A DNA stretch of 35,457 nucleotides from Patescibacteria group bacterium (GTDB lineage: Bacteria > Patescibacteriota > Minisyncoccia > UBA6257 > UBA11618), in NCBI GenBank assembly GCA_003539915.1, contig DPNX01000002.1:1-35457 (forward strand), given 5' to 3'. A model generated the notes under the pieces. It did not search any database. It saw only the letters and a program-made list of their open reading frames with translations, and was not told the origin of the DNA. A program made the position numbers and the translations under genes. The stretch's first letter is position 1, and every line of letters begins with the position of its first letter. This document shows, piece after piece, positions 17,135 to 25,312 of this stretch.

Positions 17135-19474
17135 TTATCTAGAGTAGATAATTATCTCTTCTCTTATTTCTTTATTATTACTATCGGTAGCTTTAATCTT
17201 TAGAATGTTTTGGGATTTAATACTATTAAGATTAAAATTTTCTTGGTAAATATATTCTGGTCCAAAATTACCAGACCTCTGACTTATTAACTTGTTGTTA
17301 AGATAAACTTCTACGTTCTTAATCTCATGAGATGAATTTATAACAGCTCTTACAGAGAAATCTTTATTGATAAAATTACCGTTAACAGGCTTTTCTATCT
17401 TAATGGATAATTTTTTAGTATTAAGCGATAAATTTTTTACTTTATCAGGGTTGTTTTGAATCCACTCCACCAAGGATTTTTCCCAATTATCATACTGAGA
17501 GTCACGACGTGGATTAACTGGCACTGATCCATCGGGGTTACCTTTGTTGACGTAATGAAGGATGTTATGAATTTCACCATCAATAACATACTCACCTCGT
17601 AAGATAGGTTTTTGAACGTTAACTGGTTCAGGTCTTTCAAAAACCTCCATTGGTCTATCAGCTAGCACTTCTTTCAAGAAGGCGTTCCAAATAGGTAGAG
17701 CGGCTAAAATAGAACTACCTCTTTGTTGCATGGGTGTATTGTCGTTATTACCAACCCAAACACCCGTTACTAAAGATGTGGTGTATCCCATAGCCCATGC
17801 ATCGTGATATTCATTAGTAGTTCCAGTTTTTAAAGCTACCTCTTGATTAGGGAAAGTAGTTAAATGAAGACTACTTTGATAAAGTTGTCGCCTAACTTCT
17901 ATATCGGTAAGAATATCATTTATTAAACGAGCGTATTGAGGATTAACAACCTCATCAACATCATCTTTAAACTCTTCTAACACCTCTCCCTTACTATCCT
18001 CAATTTTTAAAATCATTGATTGTTCGTGTTTTAAACCATCTTGAGCAAAGACGGAGTACGCACCAACTAAGTCGATTAACTTAACCTCACCACCACCAAG
18101 AGCAAGAGAGAGACCATAACGACTTCTTTCGGTGAGGGTTGTGATACCAAAATCAGCAGCAGTCTTTAAGGTGCTTCCAACACCAGCTAGGTAAAGAACC
18201 TTAACAGAAGGTACGTTCATAGATTGAGCTAAAGCATTTCTTAGATTAACCGGACCCCTAAACTGATTATCAAAGTTGTGAGGCATGTAGCTTCTTTTTC
18301 CAGTGGTATCAAAATCTACTTGAGTATCAAAGATAACTGTTTCAGGAGAAAAGCCTTTTTTAAAAGCAGTAACATAAGCAAAGGGTTTGATAGCGGAACC
18401 AGGTTGTCTCAATCCTTGAACAGCAACGTTGAAATTACCATCGTTATCGGTGTCAAAATAATCTTTAGACCCCACTAAAGCTAATATTTGACCAGTATTA
18501 GCATCTTGAGCTACTAAGGAGGCGTTTTTACCATTATATAGATTAGTATTTCTTTCAGCCCCCTCCCTAACAACTCTTTCAGCTATTTGTTGCATGTCCC
18601 AATCCAAGGTTGAGATAACTTTTAAACCGGCTTTTTGAACAAAATCTTCACCATACTTATTATTCAAATATTCTTGGAGAGTAATAACAAAATGAGGAGC
18701 TTTAATTCCTATAGTATGAGGAGAGAATTCTAATTTTTCTTCTTTAGCTTCTTCATATTCTTCTTCTGTAATATAACCAGCAACTTTCATTTGTTTTAGA
18801 GTGTGGTTTTTTCTACTCATTAGAACATCAACATGAGTTCCGTAGGGCGAGTAGTAACTAGGAGCTCTTGGAAGACTAGCTAAAAGAGCCGCTTCATTTA
18901 TGGATAGGTCTTTAGCATTTTTTTCAAAAAATGTTTGAGCAGCAGCCTCAATACCATAGGCGTTAGAGCCGTAAGGTATCTGGTTGAGGTAGAGATTTAA
19001 AATATCATCCTTAGAATATCTTTTTTCTAAACGCAAAGTAAGAATTAACTCCTTAACCTTTCTAGATATAGTTCTTTCAGGAGTAAGAAAAGCATTCTTA
19101 GCTAATTGTTGGGATATGGTAGAACCACCTTGAACTATCCGACCACTTCTCAAATTAACTAGAAAAGCCCTAGCTAAAGATTGCCAATCAATACCAGCGT
19201 GTTCATAGAATTTTATATCCTCAATAGAAACAGAAGCATGTTTTACATAATCCGGAATATCGGAGTAAGGGATAACAGTTCTTTTTTCTTCTCCATGAAT
19301 CTCATAAAGTAACGTTTCACCAGTTCGATCAAAAATTTTTGTTGATTGGTTTACTTGCCGTTGATCAAACAACTCAGGATCAGGAAGGTTTCTAGTAATA
19401 ATGAAAAAGTACCCAAGAGACCCTAGGGCAAAAATAACGAATATTAAAAATAAATATTTAAATAACTTTTTCAT
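17135..19474 (-). CDS. Class A penicillin-binding protein (transglycosylase/transpeptidase) with C-terminal Ig-like domain
   Basis: EDIKFYEH, GGSTISQQLAKN, RKVKE; SxxK (SAIK), SxN (SMN), KTGT; beta-rich C-terminal ~90 aa. Confidence 0.95.
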   Translation of the reverse strand: MKKLFKYLFLIFVIFALGSLGYFFIITRNLPDPELFDQRQVNQSTKIFDRTGETLLYEIHGEEKRTVIPYSDIPDYVKHASVSIEDIKFYEHAGIDWQSLARAFLVNLRSGRIVQGGSTISQQLAKNAFLTPERTISRKVKELILTLRLEKRYSKDDILNLYLNQIPYGSNAYGIEAAAQTFFEKNAKDLSINEAALLASLPRAPSYYSPYGTHVDVLMSRKNHTLKQMKVAGYITEEEYEEAKEEKLEFSPHTIGIKAPHFVITLQEYLNNKYGEDFVQKAGLKVISTLDWDMQQIAERVVREGAERNTNLYNGKNASLVAQDANTGQILALVGSKDYFDTDNDGNFNVAVQGLRQPGSAIKPFAYVTAFKKGFSPETVIFDTQVDFDTTGKRSYMPHNFDNQFRGPVNLRNALAQSMNVPSVKVLYLAGVGSTLKTAADFGITTLTERSRYGLSLALGGGEVKLIDLVGAYSVFAQDGLKHEQSMILKIEDSKGEVLEEFKDDVDEVVNPQYARLINDILTDIEVRRQLYQSSLHLTTFPNQEVALKTGTTNEYHDAWAMGYTTSLVTGVWVGNNDNTPMQQRGSSILAALPIWNAFLKEVLADRPMEVFERPEPVNVQKPILRGEYVIDGEIHNILHYVNKGNPDGSVPVNPRRDSQYDNWEKSLVEWIQNNPDKVKNLSLNTKKLSIKIEKPVNGNFINKDFSVRAVINSSHEIKNVEVYLNNKLISQRSGNFGPEYIYQENFNLNSIKSQNILKIKATDSNNKEIREEIIIYSR

Positions 19475-19479
19475 CCTCT

Positions 19480-19503
19480 AAAAATCCCGTCATAAGACGG
19501 GAT
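19480..19503 (-). terminator. Intrinsic terminator after the acidic microprotein gene
   Basis: Perfect 8-bp stem ATCCCGTC-ttat-GACGGGAT followed by a short T run on the minus strand. Confidence 0.65.
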
Positions 19504-19525
19504 AATAATCTTTGTATGATTTCGA

Positions 19526-19681
19526 TTAATAATCTTCATTACCTTCTTCTAGTGTATCATCATCTACCTCATCTTCATCCATTAAATCATCATCACTCAT
19601 TTCATCCATTTCATCATAGACACCATCCTCAATGTCTTCAGTGTGATTACTTAGTGAGAAGGAAACTTTATATTCAGTCAT
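19526..19681 (-). CDS. 51-aa hyper-acidic microprotein (not in ORF track)
   Basis: MTEYKVSFSLSNHTEDIEDGVYDEMDEMSDDDLMDEDEVDDDTLEEGNEDY; co-oriented with neighbours; GAT/GAA codon periodicity; terminator downstream; TATACT upstream at 19745-19750. Confidence 0.75.
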   Translation of the reverse strand: MTEYKVSFSLSNHTEDIEDGVYDEMDEMSDDDLMDEDEVDDDTLEEGNEDY

Positions 19682-19751
19682 ATAATAACTTTATTATCGA
19701 GAATAATACGACCTTTTATTTATTTATTAGCGTAATTAAAATGAAGTATAA

Positions 19752-20228
19752 CTAACTTATATTACGTGTCAAGTTAGCGGCTGTGATTGAAATTGCTATA
19801 GCATCAGTGACATCGTCAATTAATTTTACAGGAGGTATTTGAAGTATAGAAAAGACCATCCTAGCCACAGCCTTTTTATCAGACAAACCATAACCTGTGA
19901 CGGATAATTTAACCTCTTGAGGGTTATGCTCTGTAAGGATTATATTCTGTTTTAGAGAGAGGTATATTAAAACGCCACGAGCTTGAGCAACCTCTATGGC
20001 GGTCTTCACATTTCTAGAAAAAAATATTTTTTCTATAGCTACTAGATCGGGTTTAAGTTCTTTTAATACTTTTTTGTAATCGTGAGCAAGAAAGGTTAGT
20101 TTGTGATTTATGTCTTTTTCTTTTACCTCAATCAACCCGTAGTCAATCAAGGTTAACTTAGAACCATTTTTTTCAATAAGACCATAACCACAACGAGATG
20201 ATCCAGGATCAACACCGAGAATTCTCAT
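19752..20228 (-). CDS. ruvC: Holliday junction resolvase RuvC
   Basis: ILGVDPG, VAIEKIFF, QARGV, DDVTDAIAI. Confidence 0.97.
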   Translation of the reverse strand: MRILGVDPGSSRCGYGLIEKNGSKLTLIDYGLIEVKEKDINHKLTFLAHDYKKVLKELKPDLVAIEKIFFSRNVKTAIEVAQARGVLIYLSLKQNIILTEHNPQEVKLSVTGYGLSDKKAVARMVFSILQIPPVKLIDDVTDAIAISITAANLTRNIS

Positions 20229-20740
20229 TAGCTTTTAGCGTTAGTTGTTATGTTTTGCACGTCAGAGTGTTCTTCTAAAACATCAATAAGTTTATTTAAA
20301 GAATCTTTTTCTCTAGAAGATATTTCTTGAGGGAATTTAGGTTCGTTATTTTCAAAAGCCCATTGGACACTACCAACTTCAGCTATCTTGCAATCGTGCT
20401 TACTCAATAAGTGGCGAATTTCAGCGATGGTTCTATTACTGTTATCGGTAATAACCTTGATTAACATAGCTACACCACCTGGGCCATAAGCCTCAATTAA
20501 TAATTCTTTTAAGTCTTTATCTTTAGCTCCTTCTATAGCTCTCTTGATATTATCATTAGGAACGTTATTTTCTTTAGCTTTTTCAACTAAGCTTTTTAAT
20601 TGAGAGTTAAATTTAGGGTCGATTTCTTCGCGAGCAGCAGCTGAAATAGCTTTTAATATTTTAGAAAAAGTTTGGCTACGCTTTTTATCCTTAGCCTCTT
20701 TTTTATGTTTAATAGTTTTCCATTTAGAGTGACCGGACAT
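20228..20740 (-). CDS. yebC: YebC/PmpR family protein (short form)
   Basis: MSGHSKW..IKHKK, EAYGPGGVA, TDNSNRT, DVQNITTN; adjacent to ruvC. Confidence 0.93.
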   Translation of the reverse strand: MSGHSKWKTIKHKKEAKDKKRSQTFSKILKAISAAAREEIDPKFNSQLKSLVEKAKENNVPNDNIKRAIEGAKDKDLKELLIEAYGPGGVAMLIKVITDNSNRTIAEIRHLLSKHDCKIAEVGSVQWAFENNEPKFPQEISSREKDSLNKLIDVLEEHSDVQNITTNAKS

Positions 20741-20767
20741 GTTTTTATATATAACTTGAATGCTTAT

Positions 20768-20802
20768 AAAAATAAACCCTCCTCCCTAAGTAGGGAGGAG
20801 GG
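20768..20802 (-). terminator. Strong intrinsic terminator after the small lipoprotein gene
   Basis: Perfect 11-bp stem CCCTCCTCCCT/AGGGAGGAGGG (20777-20802) followed by TTTATTTTT on the minus strand. Confidence 0.85.
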
Positions 20803-20824
20803 GGTGGTCCGAAAAAAAAGATAA

Positions 20825-21046
20825 CTACTCTTTTCGGAAGTTGGATTTAGAATCGACATCAAGTCGATACTTGTGTTTACCGATCTGAGTTGCGGAAGCG
20901 AAGTTAGACTCACTTCGCTTAACACTGCTGTGGAAGGCACTACCAACACAATGATTGTTAGCACCCACCTGGAAACCAGCACCAACAGCACAACCACTCA
21001 TCATGATCGTCAACGCGACCAAACCCAAATAAAATACCCTCTTCAT
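20825..21046 (-). CDS. Small putative lipoprotein, 73 aa
   Basis: MKR + hydrophobic core + lipobox MSG-C; SD AAAGGAG upstream; own terminator. Confidence 0.75.
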   Translation of the reverse strand: MKRVFYLGLVALTIMMSGCAVGAGFQVGANNHCVGSAFHSSVKRSESNFASATQIGKHKYRLDVDSKSNFRKE

Positions 21047-21085
21047 ATTAACTCCTTTTCAAAAGAGGTTTGAGGAACTGGGCAT

Positions 21086-21114
21086 ATTATTACACATAAA
21101 TATAATTTAGTCAA
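21086..21114 (-). promoter_or_regulatory. Probable promoter of the lipoprotein gene
   Basis: TTGACT-17 nt-AATAAT on the minus strand. Confidence 0.45.
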
Positions 21115-21178
21115 TACCCGATAAACACCTAAAGTCAACCACTTTATTTTTTGTTTGAAAACGGCTAGGATAATAGCG

Positions 21179-22843
21179 ATGGCTTCAGCAATTGAGGAAC
21201 AATTAGTTAAGATAAAAAGAGATTCAGAGGAAAGAGATGTTAAAAGAAAAGCTGATGAACTTGGGTTAGATTATTTAGATCTTTCAACTAAAGTAATTAG
21301 TAATACAGCTCTAGAAACTTTATCAAAAGACGTTGCTGAAGCGGCTCAGGTAATACCAGTTGAGCTAAAAGGTCAGGATTTAGCTTTAGCGGTCATTGAT
21401 CTAAAAAATAATAAGACTCAAGAGGTTGTGAGTGATTTAAAAAGCAAGGGTTTCAATCTTGCTTTTTATTTATCTTCAAAAAGCTCTATAAAAAAAGCCC
21501 TAAAAAGTTATGATAATTTACCTAAAAAACGAGGTGAGATAACAGGCGAGGTTGATGTAAAAGAAAGTAATTTAGAAGAGGTAGCTAAAAAATTAACGAG
21601 CTTAAAAATAATAACAGAAGAGATAGAGAGTTTTAATACTAATCAACAACCAATCGGTAGTGTTTTAGAAATGATTTTAGCTGGAGCTATTACTACTAAA
21701 TCATCTGACGTTCACTTTGAACCAAGTATAGACAAGATTAAGATTCGTTACAGAATAGATGGTGTTTTAAATACTATTGTTAATGATTTTTCTACTTCTT
21801 TATATAAAAGCTTATTATCTAGAATTAAATTATTAACTGGTTTAAAAATTGATGTTAGTGGTAAATCTCAAGATGGTAGGTTTTCTATAGCCTTTGGAAA
21901 TAAAGATGTTGAGTTAAGAGTTTCTATCCTGCCATCAGAGTATGGTGAGACGGTGGTAATGAGGGTCTTAGACCCAGATTCTATTAACATATCTTTAGAA
22001 GACTTAGGATTGCGTAAGGATGATCTAGATATTGTAACAATTGAAATTCAAGAACCAAACGGAATGATTTTAAATACTGGACCTACTGGGTCGGGAAAAA
22101 CCACCACTCTTTATAGTTTCTTAAAACAACGTCATTCATCTGAGATTAAAATAATCACAATTGAGGATCCTATTGAATATAATATTGAAGGAATTGAACA
22201 AACCCAAGTTGATGAAGAGAGGGGTTACACTTTTTCTAACGGCTTGAGTGCGGTAATGAGACAGGATCCGGATGTTATTTTAATTGGTGAGATTAGAGAT
22301 GCTGAGACGGCAAATACCGCTGTTCAATCTGCCTTAACAGGACACCTGGTTTTTTCTACGGTTCACGCTAATGAGGCGGCTGGATCTATTCCTAGATTAT
22401 TAGATCTAAATATTAAACCAACTAGTATTGGACCAGCTTTAAATATGATAATGGCTCAACGATTGGTTCGTAAGTTGTGTGAGAATTGTAAAAAACAAAC
22501 AGAGGTTGATGATGAGATGAGGGTAAAGATCGCTCACTTATTAGCAATATTACCAGAAAGAGTAGATAAGGTTAGTTATCAAACACCAACTCTATTTGAA
22601 GTGGTTGGTTGTGAAAAATGTAATCAAACAGGTTATAAAGGTCGGGTAGGTATTTTTGAGCTGTTACAAGTTAAACAGGAAATAGAATCACTAATAGAAA
22701 AAGAGGCTAGTGAAACAGAGTTACAAGAGTTTGCATTGAAACAAGGAATGGTAACAATGCAACAAGATGGATTATTGAAAGTATTAACCGGAATAACAAC
22801 CTTAGAAGAGATTAAGGCTGCGACAGGTAGTCTGAACTTTTAA
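21179..22843 (+). CDS. pilB: Type IV pilus assembly/T2SS ATPase PilB/GspE
   Basis: SDVHFEP, QDGRF, GPTGSGKTTT, TIEDPIEY, RQDPDVILIGEIRD, TGHLVFST, two CxxC; ATG 21179 preferred over TTG 21155. Confidence 0.92.
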   Translation: MASAIEEQLVKIKRDSEERDVKRKADELGLDYLDLSTKVISNTALETLSKDVAEAAQVIPVELKGQDLALAVIDLKNNKTQEVVSDLKSKGFNLAFYLSSKSSIKKALKSYDNLPKKRGEITGEVDVKESNLEEVAKKLTSLKIITEEIESFNTNQQPIGSVLEMILAGAITTKSSDVHFEPSIDKIKIRYRIDGVLNTIVNDFSTSLYKSLLSRIKLLTGLKIDVSGKSQDGRFSIAFGNKDVELRVSILPSEYGETVVMRVLDPDSINISLEDLGLRKDDLDIVTIEIQEPNGMILNTGPTGSGKTTTLYSFLKQRHSSEIKIITIEDPIEYNIEGIEQTQVDEERGYTFSNGLSAVMRQDPDVILIGEIRDAETANTAVQSALTGHLVFSTVHANEAAGSIPRLLDLNIKPTSIGPALNMIMAQRLVRKLCENCKKQTEVDDEMRVKIAHLLAILPERVDKVSYQTPTLFEVVGCEKCNQTGYKGRVGIFELLQVKQEIESLIEKEASETELQEFALKQGMVTMQQDGLLKVLTGITTLEEIKAATGSLNF

Positions 22844-22844
22844 A

Positions 22845-23014
22845 ATAAAAAAAATAAAGACCATTGATCTGTGGGCGTTGCCCCCGGAAGGACTAAAAAT
22901 CTTTTATTGGATAAAAGAGTCAGAGTTTAATCGAGGAATAGTCGAGCCGTAGCTTGACTACCCGAAGTATCTAAAATAAACTCCCTGCCCACAGATCAAT
23001 GACCTTTATTTAAC
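22845..23014 (-). ncRNA. Candidate structured non-coding RNA, ~170 nt, family unassigned
   Basis: 25-bp terminal stem (22852-22876 with 22987-23011), internal hairpins, promoter immediately upstream, U-rich tail downstream, no ORF in track. Confidence 0.72.
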
Positions 23015-23020
23015 GGCGTT

Positions 23021-23049
23021 ATTCTATCACGAGGAAATGATTTTGTCAA
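23021..23049 (-). promoter_or_regulatory. Near-consensus sigma70 promoter with extended -10 driving the candidate ncRNA
   Basis: TTGACA-17 nt-TAGAAT with TGn directly before the -10. Confidence 0.85.
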
Positions 23050-23055
23050 ATTTTT

Positions 23056-24033
23056 ATGGATAATTTAACTATCGATGGTGTTTTACGTCCTGTAGATTGG
23101 GATGATTATGTTGGACAAGAGAAGATTAAAATTAATCTGCGGATTATTTTGGATGCTGCTAAAAAAAGAGGAGAAGCTTGTGATCATTTATTGTTTTATG
23201 GTCAGGCTGGTTTAGGAAAGACAACTTTAGCTAATTTAGTAGCTAAGGATCTAGGCTTTAATCTTAAAGTGACCTCTGGGCCAGCTTTAGAGAAGATGGG
23301 AGATCTTGCGGCTGTGTTAAGTAACTTAGAAGAGAATGATGTTTTGTTTATTGATGAGGCTCATCGATTAAACAAATCCATTGAAGAGGTTTTGTATCCA
23401 GCGATGGAAAGTCGCAAGCTTCATTTAGTGATTGGTAAGGGGCCAGGAGCTAGGACAGTAGCTTTGGACCTACCATCTTTTACTATTATAGCCGCTACAA
23501 CTCGACCTCATTTATTATCTGGCCCTTTACGCTCTCGTTTTGGAGCCTCTTTCAAGTTAGATTTCTATGACCTAAAGGATATCTGTAGAATTGTTAAAAG
23601 ATCAGCCCAGGTTTTAAATATGAACATGAGTGATGAGGCTGTTGAGGCTTTAGCAAGGTCATCTAGGTCAACTCCTCGAGTAGCTAATCGTTTGTTGAAG
23701 AGGGTAAGAGACTTTGCGGATGTTCACGATATTAAACAAGTTGATAAAGCAACGGCTTTAAACACTTTAAATTTGTTAGAAATTGACAATATGGGATTAG
23801 AGCCGATGGATAGGAGGTTGTTAGAGGTGATAATTGATAAGTTTGACGGTGGTCCAGTAGGAATTAACTCATTAGCCGCTGCTTTAAATGATGATGTGGG
23901 AAATATAGAAGATGTTTATGAGCCTCACTTACTATCAATAGGGTTTTTAGTTAGAACCTCAACGGGAAGAGTGGTAAGAGAAGCTGCTTATCGTCACCTG
24001 GGTCGTGAGATTTCTGAAGAAAAATTAATATGA
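23056..24033 (+). CDS. ruvB: Holliday junction branch migration ATPase RuvB
   Basis: LRP..WDDYVGQ, GLGKTTLA, TSGPAL, LFIDEAHRL, TPRVANRLLKRVRD. Confidence 0.98.
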   Translation: MDNLTIDGVLRPVDWDDYVGQEKIKINLRIILDAAKKRGEACDHLLFYGQAGLGKTTLANLVAKDLGFNLKVTSGPALEKMGDLAAVLSNLEENDVLFIDEAHRLNKSIEEVLYPAMESRKLHLVIGKGPGARTVALDLPSFTIIAATTRPHLLSGPLRSRFGASFKLDFYDLKDICRIVKRSAQVLNMNMSDEAVEALARSSRSTPRVANRLLKRVRDFADVHDIKQVDKATALNTLNLLEIDNMGLEPMDRRLLEVIIDKFDGGPVGINSLAAALNDDVGNIEDVYEPHLLSIGFLVRTSTGRVVREAAYRHLGREISEEKLI

Positions 24034-24443
24034 TAACTAAAGGGGTAGTTGAAACTAGAAAAATAGCTCAAGAATTAGCTAAAAAATCAAAAGGTAGAAT
24101 TTTTGCTTTAGTTGGTGAGTTGGGAGCGGGTAAGACAACTTTTGTACAAGCCTTTCTTAAGGCCTTAGGTGTAAAAGGAAGGGTTATGAGCCCAACTTTT
24201 GTAATTATGCGCAATTATCAATTAAAAGATGGTCGTAAGGTGTACCATTTGGATGGTTATAGAATTAAAGAAGATAAAGAGCTGGTAAGTTTGGGTTTTA
24301 AAGATTTAATTAAAGATCCTAATAATATTATTTTAATAGAGTGGGCGGATAGGGTTAAAAAACTTTTACCACCAGAGACTATTTGGTTAGAATTTGAACA
24401 CGGTAAAAATTCTAAAGAAAGAATTATTAAAATTAAGAAATGA
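24030..24443 (+). CDS. tsaE: tRNA threonylcarbamoyladenosine biosynthesis ATPase TsaE
   Basis: GELGAGKTTF, SPTF, YHLDGYRI, IEWA. Confidence 0.96.
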   Translation: MITKGVVETRKIAQELAKKSKGRIFALVGELGAGKTTFVQAFLKALGVKGRVMSPTFVIMRNYQLKDGRKVYHLDGYRIKEDKELVSLGFKDLIKDPNNIILIEWADRVKKLLPPETIWLEFEHGKNSKERIIKIKK

Positions 24444-25312
24444 AAACTTTATTATTAATAGATAATCACGCTTTAATTTATCGTTTTTTTCACGCTCTAC
24501 CACCTCTTACTAATCCTAAGGGAGAGGCGAGTGGTGCTATCTATGGTTTGTCGAGCGTTTTGTTAAAAATAATAAAAGAACAGCGACCAGACTATATTGC
24601 TGCCGCTTTTGATTTACCAGGAAAGACTTTTAGAACTGACTTATATGATCAGTATAAGATTCATCGACCAACCATGCCTAATGATTTGCAGCCGCAAGTA
24701 AAAAAGGCTCGTGAGCTATTCAATGTCTTTGGAATTAAGACTATTGATCAGGAGGGTTTTGAGGCTGATGATGTGATTGGTTCGTTAGCTAAGAAGTTTA
24801 AAGATGAGAAAGATTTAGTAGTGATCATCCTTTCTGGGGACTTAGATGTTCTACAGTTGGTTGTTGGTGAAAAAGTAGTGATTCAGTTTTTAAAGAAAGG
24901 AATTACCGAGACAAAACTTTATGATGAAGAGGCTGTGATAGAGCGTTATGGCGTAACACCAAAACAATTACCAGACCTTAAAGGTTTATTAGGCGATACC
25001 TCGGATAATATTCCTGGTATTAAGGGAGTGGGTCCAAAAACCGCCAGCCCTTTAATAGCTAAATACGGTGATCTTGATGGTTTGTTTGAGAATCTCTGGG
25101 AGCTACCAGAAAAGATCGGAAATAAACTAGAGAATCAAAAAGAATCAGCTTTATTTTCTAAAGACCTAGCTACCATTAGGGTTGATATTCCTCTAAACTT
25201 TTCTTTGGAGGATTTAAAAAGAGAGTCTTTGAGTAGGGATAAGATTAAAGATTTTTTTGAAGAAATGGGTTTTAATAGCTTAATTAAAAGATTGGATAAT
25301 ATTATTGATTAA
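24440..25312 (+). CDS. 5'-3' exonuclease/flap endonuclease domain of DNA polymerase I as a separate gene
   Basis: LLIDNHALIYRFFHAL, FEADDVIG, SGDLD, GDTSDNIPGIKGVGPKTA. Confidence 0.93.
   Translation: MKTLLLIDNHALIYRFFHALPPLTNPKGEASGAIYGLSSVLLKIIKEQRPDYIAAAFDLPGKTFRTDLYDQYKIHRPTMPNDLQPQVKKARELFNVFGIKTIDQEGFEADDVIGSLAKKFKDEKDLVVIILSGDLDVLQLVVGEKVVIQFLKKGITETKLYDEEAVIERYGVTPKQLPDLKGLLGDTSDNIPGIKGVGPKTASPLIAKYGDLDGLFENLWELPEKIGNKLENQKESALFSKDLATIRVDIPLNFSLEDLKRESLSRDKIKDFFEEMGFNSLIKRLDNIID

Noticed and set aside
19516..19755. 79-aa His-rich plus-strand ORF resembling a metal-binding or His leader peptide
   Set aside because: The CAT/CATC runs are the reverse complement of GAT/GAA/ATG codons of the acidic minus-strand ORF, which matches neighbour orientation and has a terminator.
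20764..21073. Alternative ORFs 20764-20997 (-) and 20873-21073 (+)
   Set aside because: They overlap the lipoprotein gene, which has the SD, signal peptide and terminator; one runs through the terminator hairpin.
22877..22894. CCGGAAGG resembling the SRP RNA GGAA tetraloop
   Set aside because: The flanking CAGG/AGCA internal-loop motifs of SRP helix 8 are absent and the promoter is on the opposite strand.
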